A stretch of 62,019 nt of DNA, the filler included, from Globobulimina sp. (taxonomy: Eukaryota): assembly GCA_003354225.1 (NCBI GenBank). It is 29 parts of 29 records of this genome, joined end to end, with 100 filler letters (N's around TTAATTAATTAA, not from the genome) between each part and the next. Parts side by side here need not be neighbours in the genome. Positions count along the whole stretch, not along the records: positions 1 to 2,044 come from PIVH01009482.1; positions 2,145 to 4,188 come from PIVH01009483.1; positions 4,289 to 6,332 come from PIVH01009484.1; positions 6,433 to 8,476 come from PIVH01009485.1; positions 8,577 to 10,620 come from PIVH01009486.1; 24 more parts are not named here. The stretch is one strand, 5' to 3'. The stretch's first letter is position 1, and every line of letters begins with the position of its first letter. The translations under genes were made by a program, and so were the position numbers. This document shows, in pieces, positions 1 to 10,720 of this stretch. The notes beneath the pieces are model-generated. The model worked only from the letters and a program-made list of their open reading frames with translations, was not told the origin of the DNA and searched no databases.

Positions 1-1
1 C

Positions 2-1465
2 TCTGTTTTAAAAGCTGTCTATGCCATGAAGGCCGGAAATGTAAAAATTAGTGAAGCATACAGCATCGCATACGATTATTTAAAGAAAAATAGTGGTTTT
101 TTTGAATATGTATTAGAATTAATAGATACGGAACGTTATCGTGATTATAATGTTTATATAACCGGACATTCACTCGGTGGTAATTTAGCAAATATATTGG
201 CCTTAGATTTGTATGCATATTTTTATAGTTCCAATTCAGAATTTGATATAAATAAGATTTATATTTATACATTTGGTCAGTCGCGCGTAGGAGATGCCGC
301 ATTTGCGGAATTGGTTAATAATGTTTACCCCTCTCAATATTATCGCGTGGTGCACAGCAACGACCCTTTCCCGTCCATACCTCTTTGGGGGCCGCCCTTT
401 AATTATCGACATTGCGGTGTTGAAATCCATTACGGCGCAGGCGATTATAGAGAGGGCATCATGTGTCAATACAGGGAATGTATTTATATGTCGCCCTTTG
501 AAGATCTCTCTTGTCGCGCTAGATATAATTCAATTTTTATAAATTATGAATTGCCCGCATTTGATGCCCTACATTTAGACAACTATGTGTCCGCCGTATG
601 GCATAATACCATAAATATTATGGATGATATTCTTGATTTAAGTAAAGAATATACGAGCGAGTATGGGTGGGGCGATCATAATTGGTACGATGAGATGGGT
701 AAATTTGGTCATTGCGGCACGCACTCTCACTCTGAGCAGAATGTTGTTAAATGCAATGAGCCGCTCAATGATACCGATATGCAATTAATATTAAACAGAG
801 ATAATTATCGTTGCTTAGATTCGTATCAATGCCATACTGATTATAATGAAGAAAGTGAGTGTTGTTATGGTTCACCACGTGGTCCGCGAAGAATATGTGT
901 CGATGATGTTGATGGTGATGGGGTGTGTCCACTGAATGAGTTGGGTGCGTATTGTATGTACGACAGTGAATGTAAAGAGTGGGAATTAAAAAGTGTAAAA
1001 TGTGCAATGGGTTTATGTACAGACGTTGGCAGAAAAGAAAATGAAGAATGCACAACGTTTGACGTAATTTTTAATAGTAAATCAGAAAAATGTTCGTCTT
1101 TTGCAAATAATGGTAAATTAAATTGTTGCTTTGGTAAAGGTTTGGCGAATAAGGTTGTTACAACATGCCAAGAAATTGGAAATCAAGAATGCAATCTGAG
1201 TCAATTAGGTGGTTCATGCCGTTTTGATTATAACTGTTTAGATTGGGTTCCCGATGGAGAGGTCAAATGTCATCACAATATCTGTGATGAGAGTCGAAGT
1301 CAGAGCCAAAGCCCAAATAAACTCACCTCGTCCTTACTTTTTGTTGCTTTAATAATGGTAATGGTATTGGTATTATTCGTGTTATCGATACGAAATATAT
1401 TTAGTTATGATAAGATTATAAAATATCAAGTTGTAAGTCTTGCATCCTCTGATGATCAATGTTGA
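2..1465 (+). CDS. Class 3 lipase (alpha/beta hydrolase) with Cys-rich extracellular tail and C-terminal transmembrane helix; 5'-partial
   Basis: ITGHSLGG nucleophile elbow, YTFGQSRVG and RVVHSNDPFPSIP motifs; Cys-rich region; hydrophobic LLFVALIMVMVLVLFVLSI. Frame is open to the contig edge. Confidence 0.9.
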   Translation, partial: SVLKAVYAMKAGNVKISEAYSIAYDYLKKNSGFFEYVLELIDTERYRDYNVYITGHSLGGNLANILALDLYAYFYSSNSEFDINKIYIYTFGQSRVGDAAFAELVNNVYPSQYYRVVHSNDPFPSIPLWGPPFNYRHCGVEIHYGAGDYREGIMCQYRECIYMSPFEDLSCRARYNSIFINYELPAFDALHLDNYVSAVWHNTINIMDDILDLSKEYTSEYGWGDHNWYDEMGKFGHCGTHSHSEQNVVKCNEPLNDTDMQLILNRDNYRCLDSYQCHTDYNEESECCYGSPRGPRRICVDDVDGDGVCPLNELGAYCMYDSECKEWELKSVKCAMGLCTDVGRKENEECTTFDVIFNSKSEKCSSFANNGKLNCCFGKGLANKVVTTCQEIGNQECNLSQLGGSCRFDYNCLDWVPDGEVKCHHNICDESRSQSQSPNKLTSSLLFVALIMVMVLVLFVLSIRNIFSYDKIIKYQVVSLASSDDQC

Positions 1466-1732
1466 TACACTTGCTGTAATTTGGATAGTTTTCTTTTTTT
1501 GTATATATCTTTTTGTAATTTTCTTTTGTATTATTTGTATAGTTTTTCCCTATTTTAGTTTTTTGTCAATAAGTAAATATTAGTTTTTTTGTTTTTATTT
1601 GTCAAGCTTTGTATCTATACATTTAATTATTACGTTAAAATAATCTTTGTAAAGTGAATTAAACTGCACCGTGAGTCCGTGACCATTCATTGTTTGTGAT
1701 GAATATGCCTATTATTAAAGAGCTCTAATAAT

Positions 1733-1910
1733 TAGAGATTTCCAATTGTGACTGCTTTGTAGTTATCAGATCGACTGCTCAGCAGTTAATGTTTTTCTAT
1801 TCGACATCCATATAAACCACCACTAACTGAACGAAAAAATGAGCCGCAGTTAGCATTCAGTGAAGTAGAACTGCAAAACAGTTAAAATCAGTAACAATTG
1901 GAAATCTCTA
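1733..1910. mobile_element. MITE-like element with 20-bp terminal inverted repeats and TA flanks
   Basis: TAGAGATTTCCAATTGTGACTG (1733-1754) vs CAGTAACAATTGGAAATCTCTA (1889-1910): reverse-complementary with 1 mismatch; non-coding interior. Confidence 0.7.
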
Positions 1911-2008
1911 TTGCAGAAATTGGAATAATTCTCGAAATCCGGAAAACTATTGTATTTGTATTTTTTGTCAAAAAAAGGTGGAAAAGATAATCCAGATTCC
2001 AGATTCCA

Positions 2009-2044
2009 TATCAAAAATTTTTTGGGTATCCCATGTTTTGCCTA
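2009..2044. repeat. Dispersed repeat, inverted copy at 48333-48368
   Basis: Reverse complement matches 48333-48368 at 33/36 nt; the contig breaks inside this copy. Confidence 0.8.
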
Positions 2045-2144
2045 NNNNNNNNNNNNNNNNNNNNNNNNNNNNNNNNNNNNNNNNNNNNTTAATTAATTAA
2101 NNNNNNNNNNNNNNNNNNNNNNNNNNNNNNNNNNNNNNNNNNNN
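2045..2144. other. Artificial contig spacer (N44-TTAATTAATTAA-N44); first of 28, recurring every ~2.14 kb
   Basis: Identical 100-nt linker with stops in all six frames; contigs start at 1, 2145, 4289, 6433, 8577, 10721 ... 57840, 59980. Confidence 0.99.
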
Positions 2145-2167
2145 ATTATATCGCCAAATTAGATGAG

Positions 2168-2872
2168 TTGAAGACCAAAATTGAGACAGATATGGTCAGA
2201 GATGGCAAACCCAATGATTTGATCAATCGCACACTCAGCAAATTACATAAAGTCTCGATCCAACGTAAATGCGGCCATTTATCAGCAAAATGCAAAGGAT
2301 GCCCCAGCATCCAACCACAATTAGAAGATGGCTTCAAAGGCATCCCAGGGTTAGGAAATGCGCCGAGTGAACATACCTTAATCACTCACTATCACTCGTT
2401 TGCCCTCTCTCGTATCGCAGGACTGACCCTCGGCAATGTGCCATTTGTATGGGAAGAAACCAGCACATTGAATCAGTTGGGATTGACCTTGAATGGATAT
2501 ATCAAAGACAAATTTCAAGAGAATGACATTGCCAATCTCCTCTTCCATAAAGTATTGACGGTGGCTGATAATAATACATTAATTTTGGATGAAAATGCAT
2601 TGGCGACATTGATTTGTAAACAAAGAGATGGCACTAGCTCGCGTACCTACGGCAAAGTAGTGCGCCAATATACAATTAATAGCGAAGCTGCGGCCGATGT
2701 TGCATCAGATAACCAGTCAGATAATGAGGCAAAAAGTGAAGCCTGCAGCGAGGCAGCGAGTGGGCATGAAAATGAGTCCAATAATGAGTCGCCCCCAAAT
2801 TCAGACAACGATGTACTACGCACCAACCACAATATCAGTCATAGCCAATATGACTTCATCACCGATATCTAA
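2168..2872 (+). CDS. Hypothetical protein (5'-partial), possibly ORF1/gag-like
   Basis: 234-aa ORF, degenerate knuckle-like RKCGHLSAKC, acidic low-complexity tail; no introns seen. Confidence 0.35.
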   Translation: MKTKIETDMVRDGKPNDLINRTLSKLHKVSIQRKCGHLSAKCKGCPSIQPQLEDGFKGIPGLGNAPSEHTLITHYHSFALSRIAGLTLGNVPFVWEETSTLNQLGLTLNGYIKDKFQENDIANLLFHKVLTVADNNTLILDENALATLICKQRDGTSSRTYGKVVRQYTINSEAAADVASDNQSDNEAKSEACSEAASGHENESNNESPPNSDNDVLRTNHNISHSQYDFITDI

Positions 2873-2877
2873 TCATT

Positions 2878-4188
2878 ATGATCGGTTGCAACCACAATGG
2901 CTGTATCAGCCAGATCGTCATAATCACCATCAACTCGCAGCCCCCACCACAATCTACCTCTTCTTTTATTGCATCCAATCTAAACCAAGCCACCCCGTCC
3001 AAACTTAGCTCTCTTTTTTCTCAATTTGCTCCAACCAATCCTCTCCCCTTTTTTCTTCTAAATTCCACCACTTTTTTCATCTTATTTTTCAATCTACTTC
3101 TTTTCTCCGATAATGCTGTTTTTTTCTTATTTTTTCTGTTTTATTTTGTGTTCATTGAACTGTGCAATGAAATTGTTTCCATTGACACTCTGAACCTCCC
3201 ACTTAACTTTAATTTGCAATTCAATTTCATACATATTACTTGCCGAATTCTGGCAACTCATTCTGACATAAAACAAATATCGCGCCGAGCCTATAGGCCA
3301 CGCCGCAATGTACGTAATGACATTATAAAACAAACGCGTGGCATGCAACGACTATTCTGCTCTGAACTTGATACACTGCAAAATAACACTTTCTTCGTCG
3401 CGACCAAAACAAGTTTCTCTGTGTACAATTATTTCAATCACTTCATGCATTTCATCACAACAGAATGCGTTTCGGGATATATGATATGTACCGAAAAGCA
3501 TGAACATACGCGGAAACTGTACAGATTCATTGAGAGATATCAGCATCGAATACGCAAATTGTATAAATACATCAAAATAATAATGGATAAATCATTACGT
3601 TGGGTCACTTTACGAATGCCACAGCATCGGTATCATCCTATTAAAGCTTTCATTGTAGACAAATTTCCGAAACATATTAGGATTAGATTCAAGAAAATAC
3701 CTTACAACAAAGCGACTATTGAACAGACAGTTTACAAACAGCTCCATGCTTTTAATAAGAGCCCATCGAAAATCTTAACTCTTTTTGACTTCATAGTAAA
3801 AAACAATTATGTGGAGAACGACCCTATTTTGCAGCAATCCACTGCCAACAATAAATACCACATAAAATGGTTCGTCCCAACAGATAAAAAAGTCCGTGAG
3901 ATACGTAATCATTGGCAGGGCGTACACAATGATCTGAACATAAACATACACTCTTTGCACAGAGATAACTGGATCAACAACCAGAAGAATAATGCGATTA
4001 TTTCCCTCAGACAGATATACAAACACGCAATAAACAGATATCACACAAATAATAACACACTCCGAGAATACAAAAATTATATGGTCAGCAAGGTGATACA
4101 TGATTATGTCACCAAACAGCGGTACTCGCACACCCATATTCCAGAAATAATCCTTAAATATCCCTTCATGCAAATGTATGCGCCCAAT
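2878..4188 (+). CDS. Hypothetical basic protein (3'-partial), possibly N-terminus of a retroelement ORF2
   Basis: >430 open codons starting 5 nt after the previous stop; K/R/H/I-rich; no diagnostic motif reached. Confidence 0.35.
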
Positions 4189-4305
4189 NNNNNNNNNNNN
4201 NNNNNNNNNNNNNNNNNNNNNNNNNNNNNNNNTTAATTAATTAANNNNNNNNNNNNNNNNNNNNNNNNNNNNNNNNNNNNNNNNNNNNCAGACAGAGCTC
4301 ACGCT

Positions 4306-4453
4306 ACAAACAAGAGCAGACAGAACACACACAAAAGAGCAGACAGAACACACCCCCCACAAACAAGAGCAGACAGAACACACACAAAAGAGCAGACAGA
4401 ACACACCCCCCACAAACAAGAGCAGACAGAACACACACGACACAAAAGAGCAG
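4306..4453. repeat. Higher-order minisatellite, 53-bp period (23+30 subunits)
   Basis: AAGAGCAGACAGAACACAC at 4312, 4335, 4365, 4388, 4418; ACAAACAAGAGC at 4306, 4359, 4412. Confidence 0.9.
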
Positions 4454-4612
4454 TTGCAAACTTAGAAGGAATATGATCCAGACCAATATGCATAGAAACA
4501 GACAATGTGCTTTCATTAATTTTGAACAAAAAAAACAATCGACATGTTAAATTAATTCTTATTATATTCACAAACTCAATCAAAAACTCAGCTCTTTACT
4601 CTCCAGTCAGTA

Positions 4613-6124
4613 ATGTCCAATCGCACCACACGAGCGTCTTCACGCAGAAAGAAACCAAATGCAGCATTATATGTTGGATACGTCGAAGATGACGAAACTC
4701 CCGAAATGATAATGAAAAAATTCCAGGAAATGGAGCGTATGATATCATCAACAAAAAAAACGCAAAAACCACAAAACCCATCAAAATCAGACAAAGCAGA
4801 AATGTCAGACAGCGACGATGAGAATAAAAATGAAAAGGAAGTCTTAACCGAAGAACAGTTAGTTTCATTATTCAACGACACCTCATATTATTCCATCAAT
4901 TCCCTACAGCGAAACAACGACATTATGTTTCAAAAGCAAACCATCGACGAAGATGGCTTTGTGATCGGTATCGATGACCCCAATTATCAGCAATTAATGT
5001 TCGAAGTGGATTACAACGTCGCCGAGACCGAGATGATGAATTGGATGGATCCGGAGTTAAATCTATATTTCTATCTATATTTGCACTCGGTTTTAACCTC
5101 AATATACACCAAAAAAAGCGAGGATGATTATATCGGAGAAGACGAATTTTGGGGAGAGAGCAACACCGCAGACCAAGACGAAGAGAAAACAGTTCGTAGA
5201 CCACGTGCCCGCCGCAGTGGTGGTATGGCTACGAAACGAAATCGATTTGCGGGCCATGCCATAGGTTCGAGTTCGTTGCATCGCGTAAACCCCAATGGCG
5301 TGGTGGTAGAGACCAAGATATTTTGTCATGAAGCAAATTATTTGAAAGTGCCCGCTTATCCCATCCCGCGTTCATGGCTGAAACCTGTGTCCAAAGTGGA
5401 TGAACGCACCGTTTCTGAGTACACTGGTAATTATTATACAGAATGCGATATTTTATCCTTACGTCGAAGGGCTGATTTTTTTTTTGCAAATAACTCTAAA
5501 AAAGAATATAAGGCGATTCTAATGGATCCGCCCTTTGATTTAAGTGAGAGCCCCGTACAGAAAGAAGGAGAGCAAACTGGCCATGTCACGTTGGCGGAGT
5601 TTGCGGAGTTACCGATTGGAAATGTGTTACCCGACACAGTTGGCGCGATGTTGTTCATTTGGGTGCCATCTGAAGTCACCATGCAAGTGAATGAAATCTG
5701 CGAGAAATGGGGCTTTTTATTGGTGGAACACGCAACGTGGATATTGAGGAATGTGTCGTATCAGATTGAGAATCGGGATTCGAATTTATTTGCGATTAGC
5801 AAACGCAATTTATTGTTATATCGGAGAACGAAAAAAAATGGCAAATCGTACAATAAGGTGGAACTACGACATCAACGGACATCGGATTCATATTTTGATT
5901 TTGTGCGATATCATTCGGAAACAGGGAGGGAGCTAAAGTCCGATTATCATTATAAAGTTATTGAAACGTTGTTGCCTGATTTGGATAAAAAAGAAAATGG
6001 GTCGGCGTTGTTTTTGTGGGCTCCCAAGAATGAGATAAGAGATGGTTGGACGTGTATGTGTGATACAAAACAGTTAGAAATGTTAAAAAGAAATCAACCA
6101 AATATGGATATTGGTGACTGGTGA
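4613..6124 (+). CDS. MT-A70 family N6-adenine methyltransferase-like protein, resembling the MTA9/AMT6-7 clade; probable in-frame intron 5056-5118
   Basis: YKAILMDPPF, LFIWV...CEKWGF..VEHATW, ELRHQRTSD, IETLLP and RDGW motifs; a 63-nt GT..AG segment encodes the out-of-place LNLYFYLYLHSVLTSIYTKKS. Confidence 0.8.
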   Translation: MSNRTTRASSRRKKPNAALYVGYVEDDETPEMIMKKFQEMERMISSTKKTQKPQNPSKSDKAEMSDSDDENKNEKEVLTEEQLVSLFNDTSYYSINSLQRNNDIMFQKQTIDEDGFVIGIDDPNYQQLMFEVDYNVAETEMMNWMDPELNLYFYLYLHSVLTSIYTKKSEDDYIGEDEFWGESNTADQDEEKTVRRPRARRSGGMATKRNRFAGHAIGSSSLHRVNPNGVVVETKIFCHEANYLKVPAYPIPRSWLKPVSKVDERTVSEYTGNYYTECDILSLRRRADFFFANNSKKEYKAILMDPPFDLSESPVQKEGEQTGHVTLAEFAELPIGNVLPDTVGAMLFIWVPSEVTMQVNEICEKWGFLLVEHATWILRNVSYQIENRDSNLFAISKRNLLLYRRTKKNGKSYNKVELRHQRTSDSYFDFVRYHSETGRELKSDYHYKVIETLLPDLDKKENGSALFLWAPKNEIRDGWTCMCDTKQLEMLKRNQPNMDIGDW

Positions 6125-6432
6125 GTGGTGGTTTTGTGTAAGAAATGATTTTTGTTCGTTTTTTTTTTTTTGTTATTTTTTTTAATATGAAAATACATTT
6201 TATTTAAGTTGATTTTATAGGGGATATATATGACTTGTGTCATGTACAAGGATAAGGGGGAGTTTTTTTATTTTTTCAATTCTCTTGTTTTAGTTAATAG
6301 CTTTCCGCCTTTCATGGGATATTCGAATTTAANNNNNNNNNNNNNNNNNNNNNNNNNNNNNNNNNNNNNNNNNNNNTTAATTAATTAANNNNNNNNNNNN
6401 NNNNNNNNNNNNNNNNNNNNNNNNNNNNNNNN

Positions 6433-7859
6433 GCGGTCGACGAAGATATTAATATTATTACGCAACCGATCGATGTAAATGAAGCAAAATATGAAGATAA
6501 TGCATTAAATGCATATTATAAGCGTTCAAAATCAAATTTATTACCAACAGCGAGTGCCGGTTCATACGGCAAACATTTTAAGAAATATTCGAATTTTATT
6601 ATGCAATATGGATTGGATTATAACGAAACCACAGTTATGATGTGGTTCGAGACGATGAGCGACAAAGCAGCAGCACATACATCAATGTATACATATTATA
6701 GTGGAATAAAAGCGATATTATTGGCCAAATATAACATTAATACGGACGGATGGAAGCAGGCAAAGCAATGGTTAAAGAAGTATGCGGAGGGAAAGGTTGT
6801 GAAGAAAGCGCCGATATTTCAAGCAGAGGAAATAAGGGATTTTTTGGAGGATGCGGACGATGAAAAGTTCATAGCCGATAAAGTGGCGATGATATTGGGA
6901 TTAAATGGGTGTTTTCGCCCCGTTGATTATACGGCGCTTTTTCACCATAAGTCCGATAAACAAAAAGTTGTCGTTTTTGACAATAGTTAAGTTTTTATAT
7001 ATTTTTATCTATTTATTTGAATACAAAACACATAATAAACAGCAACAAAATATGGATCAAACAATAATGGAATGCCCAGATCAGAGAAAATTATACAGAT
7101 TTATTATTGGAAGAAGAAGACAAAGAAATTTATGAATTTTATGATTACAAACAAGAAGTCGGTGGATTTGGTATTAAAATATTTCAAACAAACGAAGAAA
7201 TTTTGGAATAAAAAGACATCAAACTGTGGTTCGAGAGTTATGTGGCAAAGAAGAAGAAAAAAAGGCGGTGGATATCGACATCATAACCAACCGCTTGGAC
7301 CGAGTTATTTTTATGAAAACACGAAGAAAATCGCGAAGTATTTAGGCATATTAAATTGGTGGCGATACAGCGGACACACAATACGACGATCCGCGGCATC
7401 TCATTATTGCGAATCTGATGTATGTATATTTTTATGTTATCTGTTTTTATTTGAAAACATATAAAAAACACATAAAATTTACAGGTGACTTTATTGCAAT
7501 TAAAGAAATTTGGCGGATGGAGAAGTGATAAAACAGCGGAGGGATATTATGATGATTCGGTAAGAAATAAAGCGAAGGATGCGGCTATTATGAATGAGGT
7601 TATTTTTGACGACGTTATTGATCAAAAAGAAAACGAAAAACAGCAAGAAATGGATATTGAGCAGAAAGAAAAGGAAAAACAGCAAATGGATATTGAGCAG
7701 AAAGAAATGGATATTGAGCAGAATCATAACGTGGCGAATGGGAATAATGCAAATAATCGGATTGGAAATCAAGGCAATGCAAATAATCGAATTGGAAATG
7801 ATGACAATAATGAGAAATATTCAAATTGCACATTCACGAATTGTATTTTTTATGGATGA
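6433..7859 (+). mobile_element. Crypton-like tyrosine recombinase gene, 3 exons (6433-6985, 7043-7419, 7485-7859), 5'-partial
   Basis: Catalytic set GCFR (R), KTK (K), YSGHTIRRSAAS (HxxR), GGWRSDKTAEGY (W..Y). Introns 6986-7042 and 7420-7484 join the three ORFs in frame. C-terminal NCTFTNCIF tail. Confidence 0.85.
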
Positions 7860-8156
7860 AAGTGGTTTTTTTTGTTTGTAAGTAAGTTTTTGGTTTTTCT
7901 TTTGCTATTTATTGTGTTTCAGTTTTATTTTGTATTTATGCAATAAAATAGAAACGTTTTTATTTTATTTTGTAGTTATACAATAAAGTGACTTTTATAG
8001 TATACGAATAAAACTTTTTTATAGGCGTTGTTTGTGATATATACAATTTGAACCGTGTAACGATTCTTATTTTCGACTGTACGACTATATTTAGAGTGTT
8101 TTATATTAATTAGACACATCACAAGAAATAATACTGTACACACATTAATATAAAGT

Positions 8157-8474
8157 TCAAGTTACACATTTCTTGCATGACATATGACATTTTCCGCACA
8201 CTTTATAATACACAGTGGTCGAAAAGGCATTGTTAAAATAAATACACCACACATTTAATATGGCATCAACCGGCAATAATAGCCATTGAATCAATTTAAT
8301 TATTGATATCTCATCGCCTGTATTTAAACTCGGATTTAATCCAATCGATAACAGCTCACTTGCCACTAAATATTCCCATACAACGCATGAAAACACCGCA
8401 AGAGAACTAAGCAACGCATATCTCGTAATAATATCGATATAATTTAATGCATCGCCGCTGTCACTACCAATCAT
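8157..8474 (-). CDS. C-terminal fragment of a multi-pass membrane protein (GPCR-like)
   Basis: Two hydrophobic helices followed by YYKVCGKCHMSCKKC; similar tail in the 36513-37328 protein. Confidence 0.5.
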   Translation of the reverse strand: MIGSDSGDALNYIDIITRYALLSSLAVFSCVVWEYLVASELLSIGLNPSLNTGDEISIIKLIQWLLLPVDAILNVWCIYFNNAFSTTVYYKVCGKCHMSCKKCVT

Positions 8475-8657
8475 AGNNNNNNNNNNNNNNNNNNNNNNNN
8501 NNNNNNNNNNNNNNNNNNNNTTAATTAATTAANNNNNNNNNNNNNNNNNNNNNNNNNNNNNNNNNNNNNNNNNNNNAAGGTGAACATCAACATATTGTTG
8601 ATTATGTTTGATGTTTTTTGTTCTCATCATTGTACTGTTTCTATTTAACATTTAACG

Positions 8658-10422
8658 ATGAATAAATTCTTTGGTGGTATTGTTCGATCGGATTTTATAG
8701 ACTTGTTAGTAGACTTTTTTTTGCAAAAAAACAATGAAAGCCGACTAATGTCGAATCTACTACAAGATTTGGACATGATTCAACACCACGCAATCCCCGA
8801 CAACCTGTCTCTCGCCAACCATTTGCTTCCCACACTGCCGCCCGCAGGCACAAAAAGCGCAGATGAGAGTTCAGGAGATTCAAAACACTCAAAACATTCA
8901 AGATATTCCAAATATTCGCTCACCCACAATGCGCATTTACGTGGCGCAGAGCCACCGCCACCAACTACAAGATTCCTCAACTGTGGATGTCTAAAAAGTA
9001 CATTAAAATTTGGAATCCCATTTATAATTTTCTTATGCATTGGAGCTTCATTAAACTGGCTGCTCACAAACGACAAGGAACAGCTCAATATAGGCGGTGT
9101 ACGCATCTATAAACATATATTATCACTCAATAAATCTCTCACCATATACACCCAAATACAAATAGGCATTTATCCAAACCTGGACACCCATCGTCTTCAT
9201 ACTATTTTATTTACGCTGGCGCTATTTTCGCGTGGTACTAACCATTGAATTATTTGTCTATTTTCTGCTGTCGTTAATGTGTGTGTTCCCGTACGCTTTT
9301 GGCTTAGTCATATTGTCCGACTATGTAGCAAAGGAATGGAATGTATTCGACCAAACTTTGGCGCAGTGGCTGACATTAAATAAGTTCTTTCTGTTATGTG
9401 TAAACTCGTTTGTGTTGGTTTCTTTTGCTGTGGAAATGTACAAAATCGTATTTTTGTGGCTCATTTACAAACGGCGCATCATTGCTTGTCCGACAGCTCT
9501 GATTATTTACAGCGTGGTGATCTCATCGAGTGCTTCGTCGATGATCGATGCGCTGTTTATAATCACGCAGGATTCCGTATGGATTGGTATTATTATTATC
9601 ATGATCTCCTTACCAATCAATATCGCAACGGGAGCTTACGAAGCTATGGTCTGTGCATTATCTGACTACATTTATATTGGAAGTAAGTAAATACATTTTG
9701 TTTACAGTACTTTTCTACTCTGCGCTTTGCTGATATCGGTCATCGGGAAACACGAGCTCCTCACTACAGCATTGATAGTATGGACATCACCATCGAATAT
9801 AATACAAAAAAGAATCAGGTTTCAAGCAAATTTACCTTTGCTTCAAAGTCACGCAAACATACCAATGAGAATAATTTTTTCACAAATACTCAATCGCAGA
9901 AAAGCAGCGTTGCCAAAGGTAATATGTAATATTTATTGCAGTGTCGCAGTATTGATATGCTTTGACAATATGAACATTAGTTTTTTGTTGCATATTTGAG
10001 CGAATATTTATGGACATTTTGTCAAAATATAGCAAGAATGTGACATGTTTGCATATACAGACAAGAATAGTAAGAGGAACACATATGACTCGTATGACGG
10101 AGACATATCATATTCTCCAACTACGTATAATAATTATTCAGATATTGATGAGTTGCATGGCCGAGCGTATATAATTAATTTTGATAAACATAATGCGTCG
10201 AAAACAGTATTTCGACCATATTTAATGTTTATGGTTTGTTGGTTGACTCATTCGAGCATTCAATTGTTGACCATATTTATTGATGCATTATTTCGGGAAT
10301 GTTATCCAACAAAAATCTTTTTGAAAGATATTGATGATGGAAAAGACGATGATATTTTGTGTACTACAAATGCAAAATTCTGGATCTTATTGTTGTGGAT
10401 ATTGATATTGTTTTGTATTTGA
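8658..10422 (+). CDS. Spliced multi-pass membrane protein of unknown function
   Basis: Intron 9099-9165 joins ORFs 8658 and 9232 in frame; GTAAGT donor near 9683; several hydrophobic helices. Downstream exon structure uncertain. Confidence 0.5.
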
Positions 10423-10720
10423 ATCTCTCTTTCATTCATTGGATACATTCGACATTTGTGGTTATTGTATTTTAAGGATGGGACAAAAATAAATGTGCAC
10501 TATTTGTTGATGTGTAATCAAGTAAATTTACCAAAGTATTGTTGTAAATGTTGTTATTTTTGTGAAATTAAGTCTGGCTTTGATGAGTATGGTGTATTAT
10601 TATCAAGTGTGAGGGAAAAANNNNNNNNNNNNNNNNNNNNNNNNNNNNNNNNNNNNNNNNNNNNTTAATTAATTAANNNNNNNNNNNNNNNNNNNNNNNN
10701 NNNNNNNNNNNNNNNNNNNN

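Noticed and set aside
2089-2100. TTAATTAATTAA motif recurring every ~2.14 kb
   Set aside because: Artificial linker within N runs; ORFs containing X or ending in LIN/N are artefacts of it.
4306-4453. Possible CRISPR array
   Set aside because: Spacers are 4-11 nt and repeat themselves; no cas genes; eukaryotic context.
4237-4583. Cys/Val-rich minus-strand ORFs
   Set aside because: Translations of the minisatellite.
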